Below are positions 1 through 9,840 of a stretch of 64,000 bases of DNA, one piece after another. Each line of letters opens with the position of its first letter. Within the stretch, counting starts at the first letter, position 1. The notes under the pieces are model-generated. The model searched no databases, was not told the origin of the DNA, and was given only the letters and a program-made list of their open reading frames with translations. This DNA is from a virus. A program made the translations under genes and the position numbers. The stretch is from the IMG/VR virus record IMGVR_UViG_3300004463_000262, positions 1 to 64,000 of that record; one strand, 5' to 3'.

Positions 1-8
1 CCATTGAG

Positions 9-1433
9 ATGGAAGATGCCAAAACAGACACATTCAAGTTCAATACCTCTTTGCATAGTGTGACTTCAGGTGGCGACACCTATCTACAATTCCCCCTCTC
101 TTCAGTAGTCAATGCAGATCCCTCTAATATCCAAGCTGTTCGCTTTAGAGCACGAGTGATAGGTGCAGGAGCGTCTACTCTCGTTGTACAAGCTGTGCGT
201 ATTGTGCGAGATGACTATGAGTTTCGCGAGATTGATATCGATACCAAAACTCAAGAGTTAGCCAGAAGCATCCCACAGTCGGGCGGAACAGAACCAGCAA
301 CGACTTTTGGAGAACTCTATTTCCAGAAAGAGAAACCACGAGATCTCGTTTATGTTGTGGGGTTCAACGCTGGCCATCATCCCGTAGGAAACGACAATAA
401 GATCAAACTGTTCTTCCGCACCAAGACCAATGGAGACAGAATTGAAGTCGAGCTAGCTTCTCGCAACACACAATCCAGATTGACGATCAATCAGATCCTC
501 GGTGGATCAGGCTCTACACTAGGAGCCACATCGATTAACACTAACATCCTCACAGAGGAAGCATACTACTATCTGGTTGTGTCTGTGATCGACACATCTG
601 TTACAGCAACGATCTACAATGCCAATGGTATCAGTCTGGGATCACAAGTCTATTCGATTGGGCCACTCACCACAGGAGTTACCGGAGCAGGAAACGTGGG
701 GTACAGCTTCGAGCCATACAACTACGACTTCACAATGCAATTCCTAGGCCCGGAGAAATCATATTACGCTAAGTTTCAAACCAAGACCTTTGGTTCACGC
801 AAGTTGGTCAGTGGGGTAACTCTCTACCCGATCAATAGCCAGCCTGTAAACGTACTCAGTAACCTTACAGCCAGCCCGTGGGGAGATGCTACGGTAACAA
901 TTGATGGCAATGGTGATCTCGTGATGACTCGTCAAGGAACAGAGAATCAAGGGGGAGTACGTTGGTTGCCAGCTACATTTACAGGAGACACCAATCAACT
1001 CTTTATCCATGGTTGGTTATGGCCTACTACAGCAAGTGGAACCTATCGTGCGGCGCTTCTAGATATCTATGATAGTGTAAAATGGATTGGGAATATTCAA
1101 GGAATTCAGCCAAATATATGGAATGAATTCTCTCTTACAGTTACACCGGATCTCCTGCCAACTAATTCTGTGCTTCATATCCAACATTTGGGTCAATACA
1201 ATTCAGTTTTCAAATTGAGAGACGTGAGTCTAGGATATAAGACTGTGACCTGGAATACATCCTTTGATAACGTAACCTGGCAGCCCTTCCTCAATTCGGT
1301 TGGGGCACCATATACGGGAACACTCTTCTCGAAGCCTGTCATAAACTTCAAGATCCAAGCATATGCAACTAGTAGCCTAGGGTGGATTCAAGGCTATGAA
1401 GTGGAACCTAAATACATTTACACTCCCGCTTGA
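9..1433 (+). CDS. Putative virion structural/tail protein (probably the C-terminal part of a gene starting before the window)
   Basis: Long Thr/Ser/Gly- and aromatic-rich ORF with beta-rich character at the window edge; no catalytic motif seen. Confidence 0.5.
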   Translation: MEDAKTDTFKFNTSLHSVTSGGDTYLQFPLSSVVNADPSNIQAVRFRARVIGAGASTLVVQAVRIVRDDYEFREIDIDTKTQELARSIPQSGGTEPATTFGELYFQKEKPRDLVYVVGFNAGHHPVGNDNKIKLFFRTKTNGDRIEVELASRNTQSRLTINQILGGSGSTLGATSINTNILTEEAYYYLVVSVIDTSVTATIYNANGISLGSQVYSIGPLTTGVTGAGNVGYSFEPYNYDFTMQFLGPEKSYYAKFQTKTFGSRKLVSGVTLYPINSQPVNVLSNLTASPWGDATVTIDGNGDLVMTRQGTENQGGVRWLPATFTGDTNQLFIHGWLWPTTASGTYRAALLDIYDSVKWIGNIQGIQPNIWNEFSLTVTPDLLPTNSVLHIQHLGQYNSVFKLRDVSLGYKTVTWNTSFDNVTWQPFLNSVGAPYTGTLFSKPVINFKIQAYATSSLGWIQGYEVEPKYIYTPA

Positions 1434-1458
1434 CATTAGGGTATATCTGCGATATAAT
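1430..1458 (+). promoter_or_regulatory. Sigma70-type promoter
   Basis: TTGACA-17 nt-TATAAT perfect consensus; implies the helicase starts downstream (TTG at 1472). Confidence 0.8.
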
Positions 1459-1471
1459 AGATAGACATCCC

Positions 1472-3310
1472 TTGCAATCTATCCTTAAATGGGAGAATCT
1501 TAGGGCAGAATTTCTAGGTTGGGATAAAGAGAAACAGAGCCGGACTCTGTTTCTGGAAAATCATCCAGAATATCCGGCTTATCTTTTGGTTAACTCTTTT
1601 GACCCACTTTTTGCTCACACTCTCAAAGAGACAATAGGCGAGTATCGAGCTATTCACAAGCTCGATATCAACAAGTTACTGACTGCCGCTGATGAAGCTG
1701 AATTCGAGCCGGTGGTCTTTACAAGTAACCCCGAAGAACTCTTCAATTTCATCGATACGCTCGAAGAGCCATTGCCTGTTGAGTTAGGAGTAGAACTCTA
1801 CCCCTTCCAGCTTCGCGGCTTCAACTACCTCAAGGATCTCCCGTCCTCGATTTGCAATTGGAGCACAGGTACCGGCAAGTCTATCTTTGCTGTGGCATGG
1901 TCTAAGTACCTCTTAGAAACAGATCAAGTAGACAAGATCGTTGTACTTAGTAAGAGTCACAACAAATATAACTGGACTCGTCAGTTTGAAAACATAGGCG
2001 ATTTACAAGCTGCTGTAGATGATAGCGTCACGGGTGGGAAGACAGGAGAGCTAACCCGAACAGAAGCTCTTCGTAGGAAACGGGGCCAACTCTATATTGA
2101 TAGTCAGATCTTCATCATCAATTACGAAAAACTGCGATATCGACCAGAGGATGAGAAAGCTCGTTATCTCTCTGGACGCAAAATGCCTTCTGCTTCAGGG
2201 GATGGCCAAGAGCTTGAGGATGCATTACGGGATGAAAGAGTAGCGTGGATTCTCGATGAGGCACCGACAAAGCTCAAGTCAATGACTACAGGGTGGTACA
2301 AGGGGCTTTCTAAGCTCCAGAACTGTACAAATTCTAACAAAACCACAGCCTTAACTGCTACCAAGCTAGAGAAGAACCCGGAAGATCTCTACGCATGGGT
2401 TAAAGTACTAAATAAAGAAATCTGGCCCACAAAGGCAGCGTTCCGCTCTATGTATGCTCGTCGCATGTTGGACTGGCGTGTACTCTCTTGGGATGCAGAC
2501 AAGTTACCCGAGATCGGTATGCGACTAGCCCACATGACCTCAAGGGCTGACAAGTATCTAGATCCCGAGATCAGAGAACAGTTCCCCGAACATCATCATG
2601 AGGATGTGTTTGTAGATCTCTATCCTGGTGAGTACAAGATCTATGAAGCGGTGCGCGATGAAGTAAAGCAGATGGCCGCATTAACCACATCCGCTCTGGC
2701 GCCACTTCAAATCGTGTGCAACAACATGAGTCTCTTGAGCAAGTCTTCTAGTGGAATAGCACAAAAGGTTGCCGCTAAGTATCTTCCCTCGGACAGGAAC
2801 CTAGCAAAGCTAGAGAAACTTCAGGATATGCTTGATGAAATCCCAGGCAAAGTGGTGATCTTTTCAGCATTCACAGAATTTGGTTCTCTAATGTTGGTGC
2901 CATACATGCAAAAGTGGGGGCATCGATATGTCGTCTACAGCGGTAATGCAAAACAAAAGCAAGAAGCGCAAGATCGATTTACCAATGAACCAGGCATCAA
3001 GGTGTTCTTGTCGTCTGATCAGGGATCAGATTCAATCAACCTAGAACAAGCTTCAAGCGTAATTCATTACGATCTTCCATGGAATGCCTCTACTCTGATC
3101 CAACGACAGAATCGTATCCATAGAATCACGAGTGAACATGCCCATGTGTTTTCATACTCTTTGATCGCAAGTCGAACACTAGAAGAGAAGAAGCTAGCCC
3201 TCATCGCCAAGAAAATAGCGATGGAAAACGCGGTAGACTCTGAATTAATCTCTCAAGCAGAACTTCTAGCAGATTTCTCCGTCGTGGATCTGCGCTCTTT
3301 GATCGATTAG
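1472..3310 (+). CDS. SNF2-like SF2 helicase
   Basis: LYPFQ Q-motif, STGTGKS Walker A, ILDEA Walker B, TAT motif III, INLEQA...YDLPWN...QRQNRIHR C-terminal helicase motifs. Confidence 0.85.
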   Translation: MQSILKWENLRAEFLGWDKEKQSRTLFLENHPEYPAYLLVNSFDPLFAHTLKETIGEYRAIHKLDINKLLTAADEAEFEPVVFTSNPEELFNFIDTLEEPLPVELGVELYPFQLRGFNYLKDLPSSICNWSTGTGKSIFAVAWSKYLLETDQVDKIVVLSKSHNKYNWTRQFENIGDLQAAVDDSVTGGKTGELTRTEALRRKRGQLYIDSQIFIINYEKLRYRPEDEKARYLSGRKMPSASGDGQELEDALRDERVAWILDEAPTKLKSMTTGWYKGLSKLQNCTNSNKTTALTATKLEKNPEDLYAWVKVLNKEIWPTKAAFRSMYARRMLDWRVLSWDADKLPEIGMRLAHMTSRADKYLDPEIREQFPEHHHEDVFVDLYPGEYKIYEAVRDEVKQMAALTTSALAPLQIVCNNMSLLSKSSSGIAQKVAAKYLPSDRNLAKLEKLQDMLDEIPGKVVIFSAFTEFGSLMLVPYMQKWGHRYVVYSGNAKQKQEAQDRFTNEPGIKVFLSSDQGSDSINLEQASSVIHYDLPWNASTLIQRQNRIHRITSEHAHVFSYSLIASRTLEEKKLALIAKKIAMENAVDSELISQAELLADFSVVDLRSLID

Positions 3311-3489
3311 TCTCTGAATCCTCGTTGCACGAAGCGAACAGCTTCTTCTATGCCGTCCCAGGCTCGATTCCAAAAGAGGATGGGATGACGTAGATCCCAC
3401 AAGAACTCTCGCCAAGCATTTCTACCTGTCCAAGGATTTTCCATATCATTCTGGGAAGAATCCATGCTTAAGAAAACCAATGAAGACAA
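3307..3489 (-). CDS. Small hypothetical membrane-associated protein (start may be further upstream)
   Basis: ORF abuts neighbours on the minus strand; hydrophobic N-terminus. Confidence 0.4.
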   Translation of the reverse strand: MSSLVFLSMDSSQNDMENPWTGRNAWREFLWDLRHPILFWNRAWDGIEEAVRFVQRGFRD

Positions 3490-3531
3490 GAATAGCTATG
3501 ATGATTAGTGGGGTAAAGGGAATGATCTCTT

Positions 3532-4350
3532 TCATGGTAATTGTTGTAGATCCTCTGGGTGATTAGCTGAAGCGGGGCCGTTGGCATGATAAAAACCGTC
3601 ATAGGTTAACCATCGTCCTGCATTGATGTAGTCCTGCGGACTTAGATAACGACCATAAGTAGGAGAGTCAGATTGGCCTGGATAGATTCCATGAACCATG
3701 CAGACAGGAGTAACCCCACGAAAATCCTGTTGTAGCCAAGGTTGAACGTTCCAGTAATCCTCTTGCAAGAAAAGGATTTTGCCCGTTCTGACTAATTCAA
3801 GCTGTCCAAGATTCAGGGCTGATAAATTGCCAACCACCGAACGCAATCCCATTTGCACGGAGAGATCAAACTCATACGCTGTCTCTGCTTGGCCCATGAT
3901 CATGTTATGAGGGATGCTCATCTGATCCGCAAACCTAAAGAAGTGCTCTGGCCCCAACTGTGCTGGATTCCCCCAGCAGCCGACCATCCTCTTCTCTCTT
4001 AGACCATCAACAATCCTGCGCTCGACCGCATAAGCAGGATCAACAGTCAACCAGGCCGTGTACTTGACCGGTATATTGACAATCATCCATGGAGCCTCGG
4101 CACAGAATGCTGGATAGCGATAGAAATGCGCATCTGAAGCATTAGAGTACCCAGATGGAACAGGGGGCGGCGGTGGAGGCGGGGGCGGCTTATAGCCCTT
4201 ATGGATCAGATATCGTACCCACCATGCCGGTGGGATTCTGCCATATTTCTGAATGTACAAAGTGACTGAACGTGGCCTCTTCGCAGGAATACCACCCTGA
4301 TCACGCCATTTAGCCCAATCCCAGAATACTTGTGGAAAGGTAGCCATCAT
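3532..4350 (-). CDS. Two-domain protein (Trp-rich N-terminus, poly-Pro linker, enzyme-like C-terminus); candidate cell-wall hydrolase
   Basis: WDWAKW...RIPPAWW domain and KPPPPPPPPPVP linker typical of modular cell-wall enzymes; function is inference. Confidence 0.4.
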   Translation of the reverse strand: MMATFPQVFWDWAKWRDQGGIPAKRPRSVTLYIQKYGRIPPAWWVRYLIHKGYKPPPPPPPPPVPSGYSNASDAHFYRYPAFCAEAPWMIVNIPVKYTAWLTVDPAYAVERRIVDGLREKRMVGCWGNPAQLGPEHFFRFADQMSIPHNMIMGQAETAYEFDLSVQMGLRSVVGNLSALNLGQLELVRTGKILFLQEDYWNVQPWLQQDFRGVTPVCMVHGIYPGQSDSPTYGRYLSPQDYINAGRWLTYDGFYHANGPASANHPEDLQQLP

Positions 4351-4367
4351 CTATTTAGTCACGGATG

Positions 4368-4559
4368 CTACTTGATTTGAGGCTTTGGAGTACCGATTTC
4401 GTAGTCTCTGTAAGCAGGAATGAGAATATCACGAATCAGGTTGCTTCCACAATCGTCAGCAGGACAACTATCAACTTGTGAAATCACCTGTTTGACGGCA
4501 GCAACCAAGTTCTCCGTCCTTACATCCTTGCCTTGCCCGATTCTACTCATAGGCTCCAT
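4368..4559 (-). CDS. Hypothetical protein
   Basis: ORF in minus-strand run, overlaps the next gene. Confidence 0.5.
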   Translation of the reverse strand: MEPMSRIGQGKDVRTENLVAAVKQVISQVDSCPADDCGSNLIRDILIPAYRDYEIGTPKPQIK

Positions 4560-4804
4560 CCATGATCATGAATCTCTGCTGTGCTGAACTCTCCTTTCAA
4601 CCATTCAGCACAGTCATCACAGATATCAAAGTACCAATCACTTAGGTCAAAACGTGATCCATACCCAAAGCTTAAACTGAAGGAGGTTCCTTCACGAGCC
4701 GTTCCGTGTTCATCTACACCGAGATCATTAGAACAACGGTCGCAACGAACAGCCTTAACCCTTGTGATGTCTACGGTTTTTCTTTGATGTTCCGTTTCTT
4801 TCAC
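4547..4804 (-). CDS. Small zinc-finger protein
   Basis: CDRC...FGYGSRFD...DICDDC pattern common in phages. Confidence 0.65.
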   Translation of the reverse strand: MKETEHQRKTVDITRVKAVRCDRCSNDLGVDEHGTAREGTSFSLSFGYGSRFDLSDWYFDICDDCAEWLKGEFSTAEIHDHGWSL

Positions 4805-4934
4805 GCTTTATGTCCTTAGTCCCGCACTTCGACAGATCACGATTAGGACGTTGATCATACGGAAGTGGCTCTTTCTTGGGATTAACGATCTCACCGTAAG
4901 GATTACGGGGATCAGGTATAATTCTCACCTGTTC

Positions 4935-4963
4935 AGGTTAGCACAAATAGTTAAGGATGTCAA
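4935..4963 (-). promoter_or_regulatory. Sigma70-type promoter
   Basis: Reverse strand TTGACA-17 nt-TAACCT with TG extension. Confidence 0.6.
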
Positions 4964-4965
4964 AC

Positions 4966-5268
4966 TTAGCGCCCGATGCGCTCGTGTTCCCAGAGCATTC
5001 CTGAGATGATACTGCGGAAAATGTATCCCGCAATCAAGTTAGGATCAATTCCACCACGAGCCTTGATACGATCTGTGATTTCAGTCATACGCTCATGTAC
5101 GTAGCGCTTGACATCCTCTTGTTCCCAATCACCAATTTGAAGATCAATTGGCCAGACATAATCATCAGAGATATCTTCGGAGAGAAGATCTTGAGCAATT
5201 GCTTGATCAAGAGATTCAGTATAGATATTCCAGATCTCAGAAAGAGGCTGGTTAAAGTCTTTTCCCAT
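4966..5268 (-). CDS. Hypothetical protein
   Basis: ORF in minus-strand run with AGGTG RBS. Confidence 0.6.
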   Translation of the reverse strand: MGKDFNQPLSEIWNIYTESLDQAIAQDLLSEDISDDYVWPIDLQIGDWEQEDVKRYVHERMTEITDRIKARGGIDPNLIAGYIFRSIISGMLWEHERIGR

Positions 5269-5276
5269 TGCACCTA

Positions 5277-5534
5277 TTAGGTGCTAGGGAACCACTCTTT
5301 AGGTGGTTGAACGTCAGACTCAAGTTCAGCTATCACAGCTAATAATGCACGCCAAGCTATATCTGCTTTCATTACATCAGTACGACGTTTTAGATCATAT
5401 TCCTTCACAGCTTCGACAACTGCTTCAAGAAGTTCTATTCGTTCGTCGCGCGAACACACAGGACATTGACCAATCGGCCACGTTCCCTCTGGGTATACGA
5501 TGTCGCTACCGCACTGGCTGCATTCAGCACTCAT
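5277..5534 (-). CDS. Zinc-ribbon hypothetical protein
   Basis: CSQC...CPVC; likely start MSAEC at 5534. Confidence 0.55.
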   Translation of the reverse strand: MSAECSQCGSDIVYPEGTWPIGQCPVCSRDERIELLEAVVEAVKEYDLKRRTDVMKADIAWRALLAVIAELESDVQPPKEWFPST

Positions 5535-5808
5535 GACGATCCACTGATGAGAGAAGATCCCGCTGCTCACCACAATAAGGACAATACCGCGCTACTCGAT
5601 TGCCCTGTGGCGGCAATTCTTCTACATCAAGTAGTAACGAGGCAATACACATACCGTTTGCACGAACACTCAATGTCCTTCGACCGTGCCCGTTATGTAT
5701 ATCCAAATCAATATGTGGACGTTCCGGCGTCTTAATTGATACGTGCAAGTGTTCGTCCTCGGCAACGTCAATACGATGCTGAAGAAGGGATGAGATTTCC
5801 GCGCTCAT
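5524..5808 (-). CDS. Hypothetical protein with CPYCG
   Basis: Likely start MSAEISS overlapping the stop of the 5805-6335 ORF. Confidence 0.45.
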   Translation of the reverse strand: MSAEISSLLQHRIDVAEDEHLHVSIKTPERPHIDLDIHNGHGRRTLSVRANGMCIASLLLDVEELPPQGNRVARYCPYCGEQRDLLSSVDRHEC

Positions 5809-6335
5809 TGTTCCTCGGCTCTTTCGGAAGCGGCACGGATCGCGTGGCACTTCACGCATACCTCGCCGCTGATGACAGCCTCGTTGCGAGCGTCCACCCA
5901 TTCGTGCTCACACTCGGCTCTTTCGGAAGCGAGAGCGGCACGGATCGCCCGTCGCATCGCGTGGTAGATGCCAGCGCCACCTTCGCCGCGATCACGCTCG
6001 TCCTCCAACGTGAAGTAGCGGTCGGCCAGTTCGAGCGCGTCCTTGTAGCGGTCGATTTTCGCCTCAACGTCACGCAGATCACGCTGCAAGGTGTCCGCCC
6101 GTCGTCGGTCTGCCTCTGCCGCCCTCTCCGCTTCCTCGGTGCGGTTGGCGAGAGCAACAAGCTCGTCGGCATAGCGCAATACGGCTTCGGCCACATAGAG
6201 GATCTCTCGCTCCCCCTGGCTTAGAGCTTCCTGGCTGAAGTGCCAACCAGCGAGTTTGCTTCGTGCATCGTGCAACGTAAGGTGGGTGCGAGGAAGCACG
6301 AGGGCTTCGGCGTTGTTGGGGGGCGGAACAGTCAC
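5805..6335 (-). CDS. Coiled-coil hypothetical protein with internal repeat
   Basis: AAGGAG RBS; repeated AIRA(AL)ASERAE; GC-richer than flanks. Confidence 0.6.
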   Translation of the reverse strand: MTVPPPNNAEALVLPRTHLTLHDARSKLAGWHFSQEALSQGEREILYVAEAVLRYADELVALANRTEEAERAAEADRRRADTLQRDLRDVEAKIDRYKDALELADRYFTLEDERDRGEGGAGIYHAMRRAIRAALASERAECEHEWVDARNEAVISGEVCVKCHAIRAASERAEEQ

Positions 6336-6511
6336 GACGGCTCCTTATCTTGCTTCAGTTTTTCTACTGCTGCCTCAATGCGCTTAACTGCTTCTGTTGT
6401 CGTCATATGGCCAGGTTTGATCTCTTCTCCATCAATATCAGCCATCATTTCAACAAAACGTACAAGGGCTATCTCCAGTTCATGACTCATGAATTCCTCC
6501 AATGTCCAACT

Positions 6512-6751
6512 TCATGTGGACAACGAGTCCATTCGCCCTTCTTCCAAACCAAGCCTTTGCATCTCTTCTTGCGAAAAACTCTCAACCTCTTTATCTTCAT
6601 GTTTATCACCAAAATCGCGATCTGTCTCAAACCTACGTTCTACATACTGAGTCAGGATACGCTCAGCATCCTCTTCTGAGTAACCACGTTTAACCTGCTC
6701 TTCAATCGCTCTTGGCAGGCTTGCTTTGTTTAGTGTCTGTTTTACTTTCAT
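6512..6751 (-). CDS. Hypothetical protein
   Basis: ORF in minus-strand run. Confidence 0.55.
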   Translation of the reverse strand: MKVKQTLNKASLPRAIEEQVKRGYSEEDAERILTQYVERRFETDRDFGDKHEDKEVESFSQEEMQRLGLEEGRMDSLST

Positions 6752-7004
6752 CTTTTTCCTTTTCTAGGGTATCAGATTTAATCTTCGTTGTCAAACGAGT
6801 GATGCGAATATCACTACTAACCGTAGCAGCATACTCCTTGGCATCCTCGTAATCCTTAGGTTTATAAAAGGATACAGTTAAAGGGGCTTCCTTCTTATGC
6901 TTGCACTTATCACAAGTACAGGGTATCCAACCCTCTTCTGGATATAGGATCTCCCAACTGCCATCCTTCTTTTCTTTGATCTCAACGAAGCTTGTCAAAT
7001 TCAT
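6702..7004 (-). CDS. Hypothetical protein
   Basis: AGGAG RBS; first gene of the minus-strand run. Confidence 0.55.
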   Translation of the reverse strand: MNLTSFVEIKEKKDGSWEILYPEEGWIPCTCDKCKHKKEAPLTVSFYKPKDYEDAKEYAATVSSDIRITRLTTKIKSDTLEKEKDESKTDTKQSKPAKSD

Positions 7005-7188
7005 CTCCTAACATAGAGGGACGAAGTATAGTATAGCACAAATCAAGATTGTGCGCTTTGGCACTACACTCTCACTCTGTACTACATCTTATCTATTAGG
7101 GAAAAGGGTATAAGAAAACCTTTCTTTACTCTCTTGTAATATGTACAGATTACTTTCTACATCTTGTGCCCCTCGGGGGCACGTTTAG

Positions 7189-7217
7189 AGGGTAGCACAC
7201 TTATCGACGGTTGTCAA
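7189..7217 (-). promoter_or_regulatory. Sigma70-type promoter for the minus-strand gene run
   Basis: Reverse strand TTGACA-17 nt-TACCCT with TG extension. Confidence 0.6.
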
Positions 7218-7277
7218 GTAAATTTCTTCGGCTGACCGCTAAGAGAATAAGTGAAGAACCTACTTTTTCGAGGTAAC

Positions 7278-7736
7278 ATGTTACGACTTCTTTCAGAAAT
7301 GGGTCGAAGTTTCTTACGAGCATTCATTGGTGCGCTCATTGTCTTGCTTCCGAGTATTCTAGCAGCCCCCGATCTAAATGGTGCTGTTGCTCTTGGAATT
7401 GCAGCGTTGATCGCGTCTTTGGCTGCTGGTCTAAAGGCCATTCAAGTGTTTGTGCCTGCGTTGTCCTTTAAGACTATTATGACAGGATCATTGGCTCCAT
7501 ACTACACTATTGTAGATTCATTTGTGCGTGCTTTCATTGCAGCGTTGATTACGGCTGTTGTGGGTCTACTTGCTATGCCCACGGAATCATGGAACAAGGC
7601 TTTGGTCATCGCGGCCGTTACTGGTGCGATCACTGCTGGTATTCGTGCAATCCAGGGAATGCTTACGCAGGGCGATTATCCTGCTCCGTCCGCTGGTATC
7701 ACAGTTCCGGCCGAAACTAAGAATCCAGGAGTATAA
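7278..7736 (+). CDS. Holin-like membrane protein with two internal repeats
   Basis: Repeated SF(L/V)RAFI...A(GL/GI)(K/R)AIQ hydrophobic units; GAGGT RBS before ATG 7278. Confidence 0.55.
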   Translation: MLRLLSEMGRSFLRAFIGALIVLLPSILAAPDLNGAVALGIAALIASLAAGLKAIQVFVPALSFKTIMTGSLAPYYTIVDSFVRAFIAALITAVVGLLAMPTESWNKALVIAAVTGAITAGIRAIQGMLTQGDYPAPSAGITVPAETKNPGV

Positions 7737-8639
7737 ATGGCATCCGCATATCCATCTGGTCTAGATAGCCAGTCAACTTCACATCAGGATAATGTTGGTG
7801 AATTCATCCATGCTTCTACAATCAACGACCTGGCGGATGCGGTAAACAAGATTGAGGCTGAGCTTGGCACATTGCCGAAGGGTAACTTCTCTACGGTGAG
7901 TGCCAAGCTCAAGGCTCTCTTCTATGGCTCTGTAACGACGACACAGCGAGACGCTATTACCCTTGGTAACCGTCCTGCTGGTATGTTGGTGTTTAACACT
8001 ACCACTAATCGTTACGAGTACAATGCGGGTTCTGATGCTTCACCGTCGTGGCTTCCTGTGGGGCCGACAGGCCCGTGGGGCACTTCTGATATCCAGGATA
8101 ACTCGATCACATCTGCCAAGATTGTTAATGGTACAATTGTAGATGCAGATATTTCTTCATCTGCTGCCATCACTCTATCTAAGCTTAACACATCCGGTAC
8201 TGCTAGTTCGTCTACTTATCTCCGTGGGGATGGGCAATGGACAGCAATCACTCTTCCAGTTCTATCAAACCAGTTGGGTGCCGATGTGGCTATGACAAAT
8301 GCTAACCAGTTCTACGATGGCCCAACTATTTCATGTTCTGCTGGCACTTGGCTATTGTTAGCTAGTGTTAGTGTTATGCGTGGATCAAGTGGACTTCTGT
8401 ATACTGCGAAGCTATGGGATGGTACCACTACAGCGGCTTCGGCCGGTGATAACATTGGTTCAGGTAGCTCTGGTCAGATTACACCGATCCCCTTAATGGG
8501 TATTGTCTCGCCGGGTTCTACAACGGCCTATAAGGTCAGTGTGGCCGCTGATAGTACAGGCGGTACAATTAAGGCGGCGAGCACACCAAACGGTGCCGGA
8601 AACACAGCATCAACGCTTCTCGGTATCAAGATTGGCTAA
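7737..8639 (+). CDS. Tail fibre/minor virion protein
   Basis: INDLADAVNKIEAELG, TTTQRDAI...GMLVFNTTTNRYEY, SITSAKIVNGTIVDADIS and TYLRGDGQW motifs typical of fibre proteins. Confidence 0.7.
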   Translation: MASAYPSGLDSQSTSHQDNVGEFIHASTINDLADAVNKIEAELGTLPKGNFSTVSAKLKALFYGSVTTTQRDAITLGNRPAGMLVFNTTTNRYEYNAGSDASPSWLPVGPTGPWGTSDIQDNSITSAKIVNGTIVDADISSSAAITLSKLNTSGTASSSTYLRGDGQWTAITLPVLSNQLGADVAMTNANQFYDGPTISCSAGTWLLLASVSVMRGSSGLLYTAKLWDGTTTAASAGDNIGSGSSGQITPIPLMGIVSPGSTTAYKVSVAADSTGGTIKAASTPNGAGNTASTLLGIKIG

Positions 8640-8668
8640 TTGACATCCTCCTAGGAGTTTGCTATCAT
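8640..8668 (+). promoter_or_regulatory. Sigma70-type promoter of infA
   Basis: TTGACA-17 nt-TATCAT with TG extension. Confidence 0.75.
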
Positions 8669-8699
8669 ACTCTGTGTTGAGTAACTATTGGAGGTTTGT

Positions 8700-8915
8700 T
8701 TGGCTACAGATAGGTTAGAGTTCGAAGGTGAGGTTACCGAGTCACTACCGGGTACCGTATTCCGCGTTAAGCTGGATGAGGGAGTGGAAGTGGTGGCGAC
8801 GATCTCTGGTAAGATGAGGAAGAACTATATCCGAATTCTTCCGGGTGATCGCGTAAAGGTGGAATTATCGCAATACGATCTCACTAAGGGCCGTGTGACT
8901 TATCGTTACCGTTAG
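8700..8915 (+). CDS. infA: Translation initiation factor IF-1
   Basis: [18 protein letters not shown]...[35 protein letters not shown]; GGAGG RBS and TTG start. Confidence 0.95.
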   Translation: MATDRLEFEGEVTESLPGTVFRVKLDEGVEVVATISGKMRKNYIRILPGDRVKVELSQYDLTKGRVTYRYR

Positions 8916-8921
8916 GCACGG

Positions 8922-9194
8922 ATGAAATTTATCGATATAACAGGTGAAAGATTCGGTCGCTTGACAGTGATCGAGCAAAATGGTAAACTTGGTGATCAGA
9001 TCGCTTGGAGATGTAAATGCGATTGCGGGAATTTTACCACAGTAAGATCGTCCTCGCTTCGTACTGGTAAGACAACATCTTGTGGTTGTTTCGCCAAGGA
9101 CATTAGAAGTTTGTATGGTGCGATGAAGTATGGTAAAACGAATGTTCATCCTAATTCGATGGCCGCAAAGAAATTAAGGCTTCGGACACTATAA
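8922..9194 (+). CDS. N-terminal domain of an AP2/HNH-type phage endonuclease (apparently truncated)
   Basis: DITGERFGRLTV...WRCKCDCGN...LRTGKTTSCGC; no nuclease domain follows. Confidence 0.65.
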   Translation: MKFIDITGERFGRLTVIEQNGKLGDQIAWRCKCDCGNFTTVRSSSLRTGKTTSCGCFAKDIRSLYGAMKYGKTNVHPNSMAAKKLRLRTL

Positions 9195-9228
9195 AATGTT
9201 CGAGTTGAAGAACTAATCTATACAAGAC

Positions 9229-9257
9229 TTGACAAGTCCTGAGAAGTTTGTTACACT
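9229..9257 (+). promoter_or_regulatory. Sigma70-type promoter at the start of the tRNA array
   Basis: TTGACA-17 nt-TACACT. Confidence 0.75.
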
Positions 9258-9263
9258 AGATAA

Positions 9264-9335
9264 GTCCCTGTAGTTCAGCGGAAGAACAACGGTCTTCTAA
9301 ACCGTATGTCGGGAGTTCGATTCTCTCCAGGGATG
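9264..9335 (+). tRNA. tRNA-Arg(TCT)
   Basis: GTCCCTG/CAGGGAT acceptor; ACGGT-CT TCT AA-ACCGT; TTCGA T-loop. Confidence 0.9.
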
Positions 9336-9394
9336 CTAGAAGGTAAAGGCGGTTCGACTCCGTTGTAAGATTTCGGTAAACCCCTTCGAGTCAC

Positions 9395-9423
9395 TTGACA
9401 GAAAGATCGTCAGGTGGTATGAT
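9395..9423 (+). promoter_or_regulatory. Sigma70-type promoter
   Basis: TTGACA-17 nt-TATGAT with TG extension. Confidence 0.75.
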
Positions 9424-9623
9424 GTACAAGTACGACAAGTAAGGCCAGCGCGGGAACTGGTATCCCGTGTGATCTTAGGGGATGGGACTTGAGGATACCT
9501 CAAAGAAGCCCTCTAAGTGATCGGAGTCAGAACCAAGCCTTTGGGGCAAGGGGGAGACGAGCCTTCACTTTACAATAGGGAAACCTATTGTCGAGAATTG
9601 GTTGTAATAACGCTATGCCATGT

Positions 9624-9697
9624 TTGAATGTAGCTCAGTCAGGGAGAGTGCGCGGCTGCAAACCGCGAGGTCGCAGGTTCAAATCCTGTCGTTCGAT
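9624..9697 (+). tRNA. tRNA-Cys(GCA), atypical body
   Basis: TTGAATG/CGTTCGA acceptor with wobbles; CGCGG-CT GCA AA-CCGCG. Confidence 0.75.
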
Positions 9698-9840
9698 TGG
9701 GAGACTCATAATCTTCTAGTTGCGTTCGAAGCAATGACACCGGGAACGTCTTAATCTCTACACTAAATAGGGATGATTAGCGAGGTCTGGTCGAGTGGTT
9801 GATCGTAGGTATTGCGTGATTAGAGCCAAGGCTCATAAAT

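Noticed and set aside
9787-9798. CTGGTCGAGTGG resembling 23S sequence just 3' of the L11 domain
   Set aside because: Only 12 nt with no supporting context; could be chance
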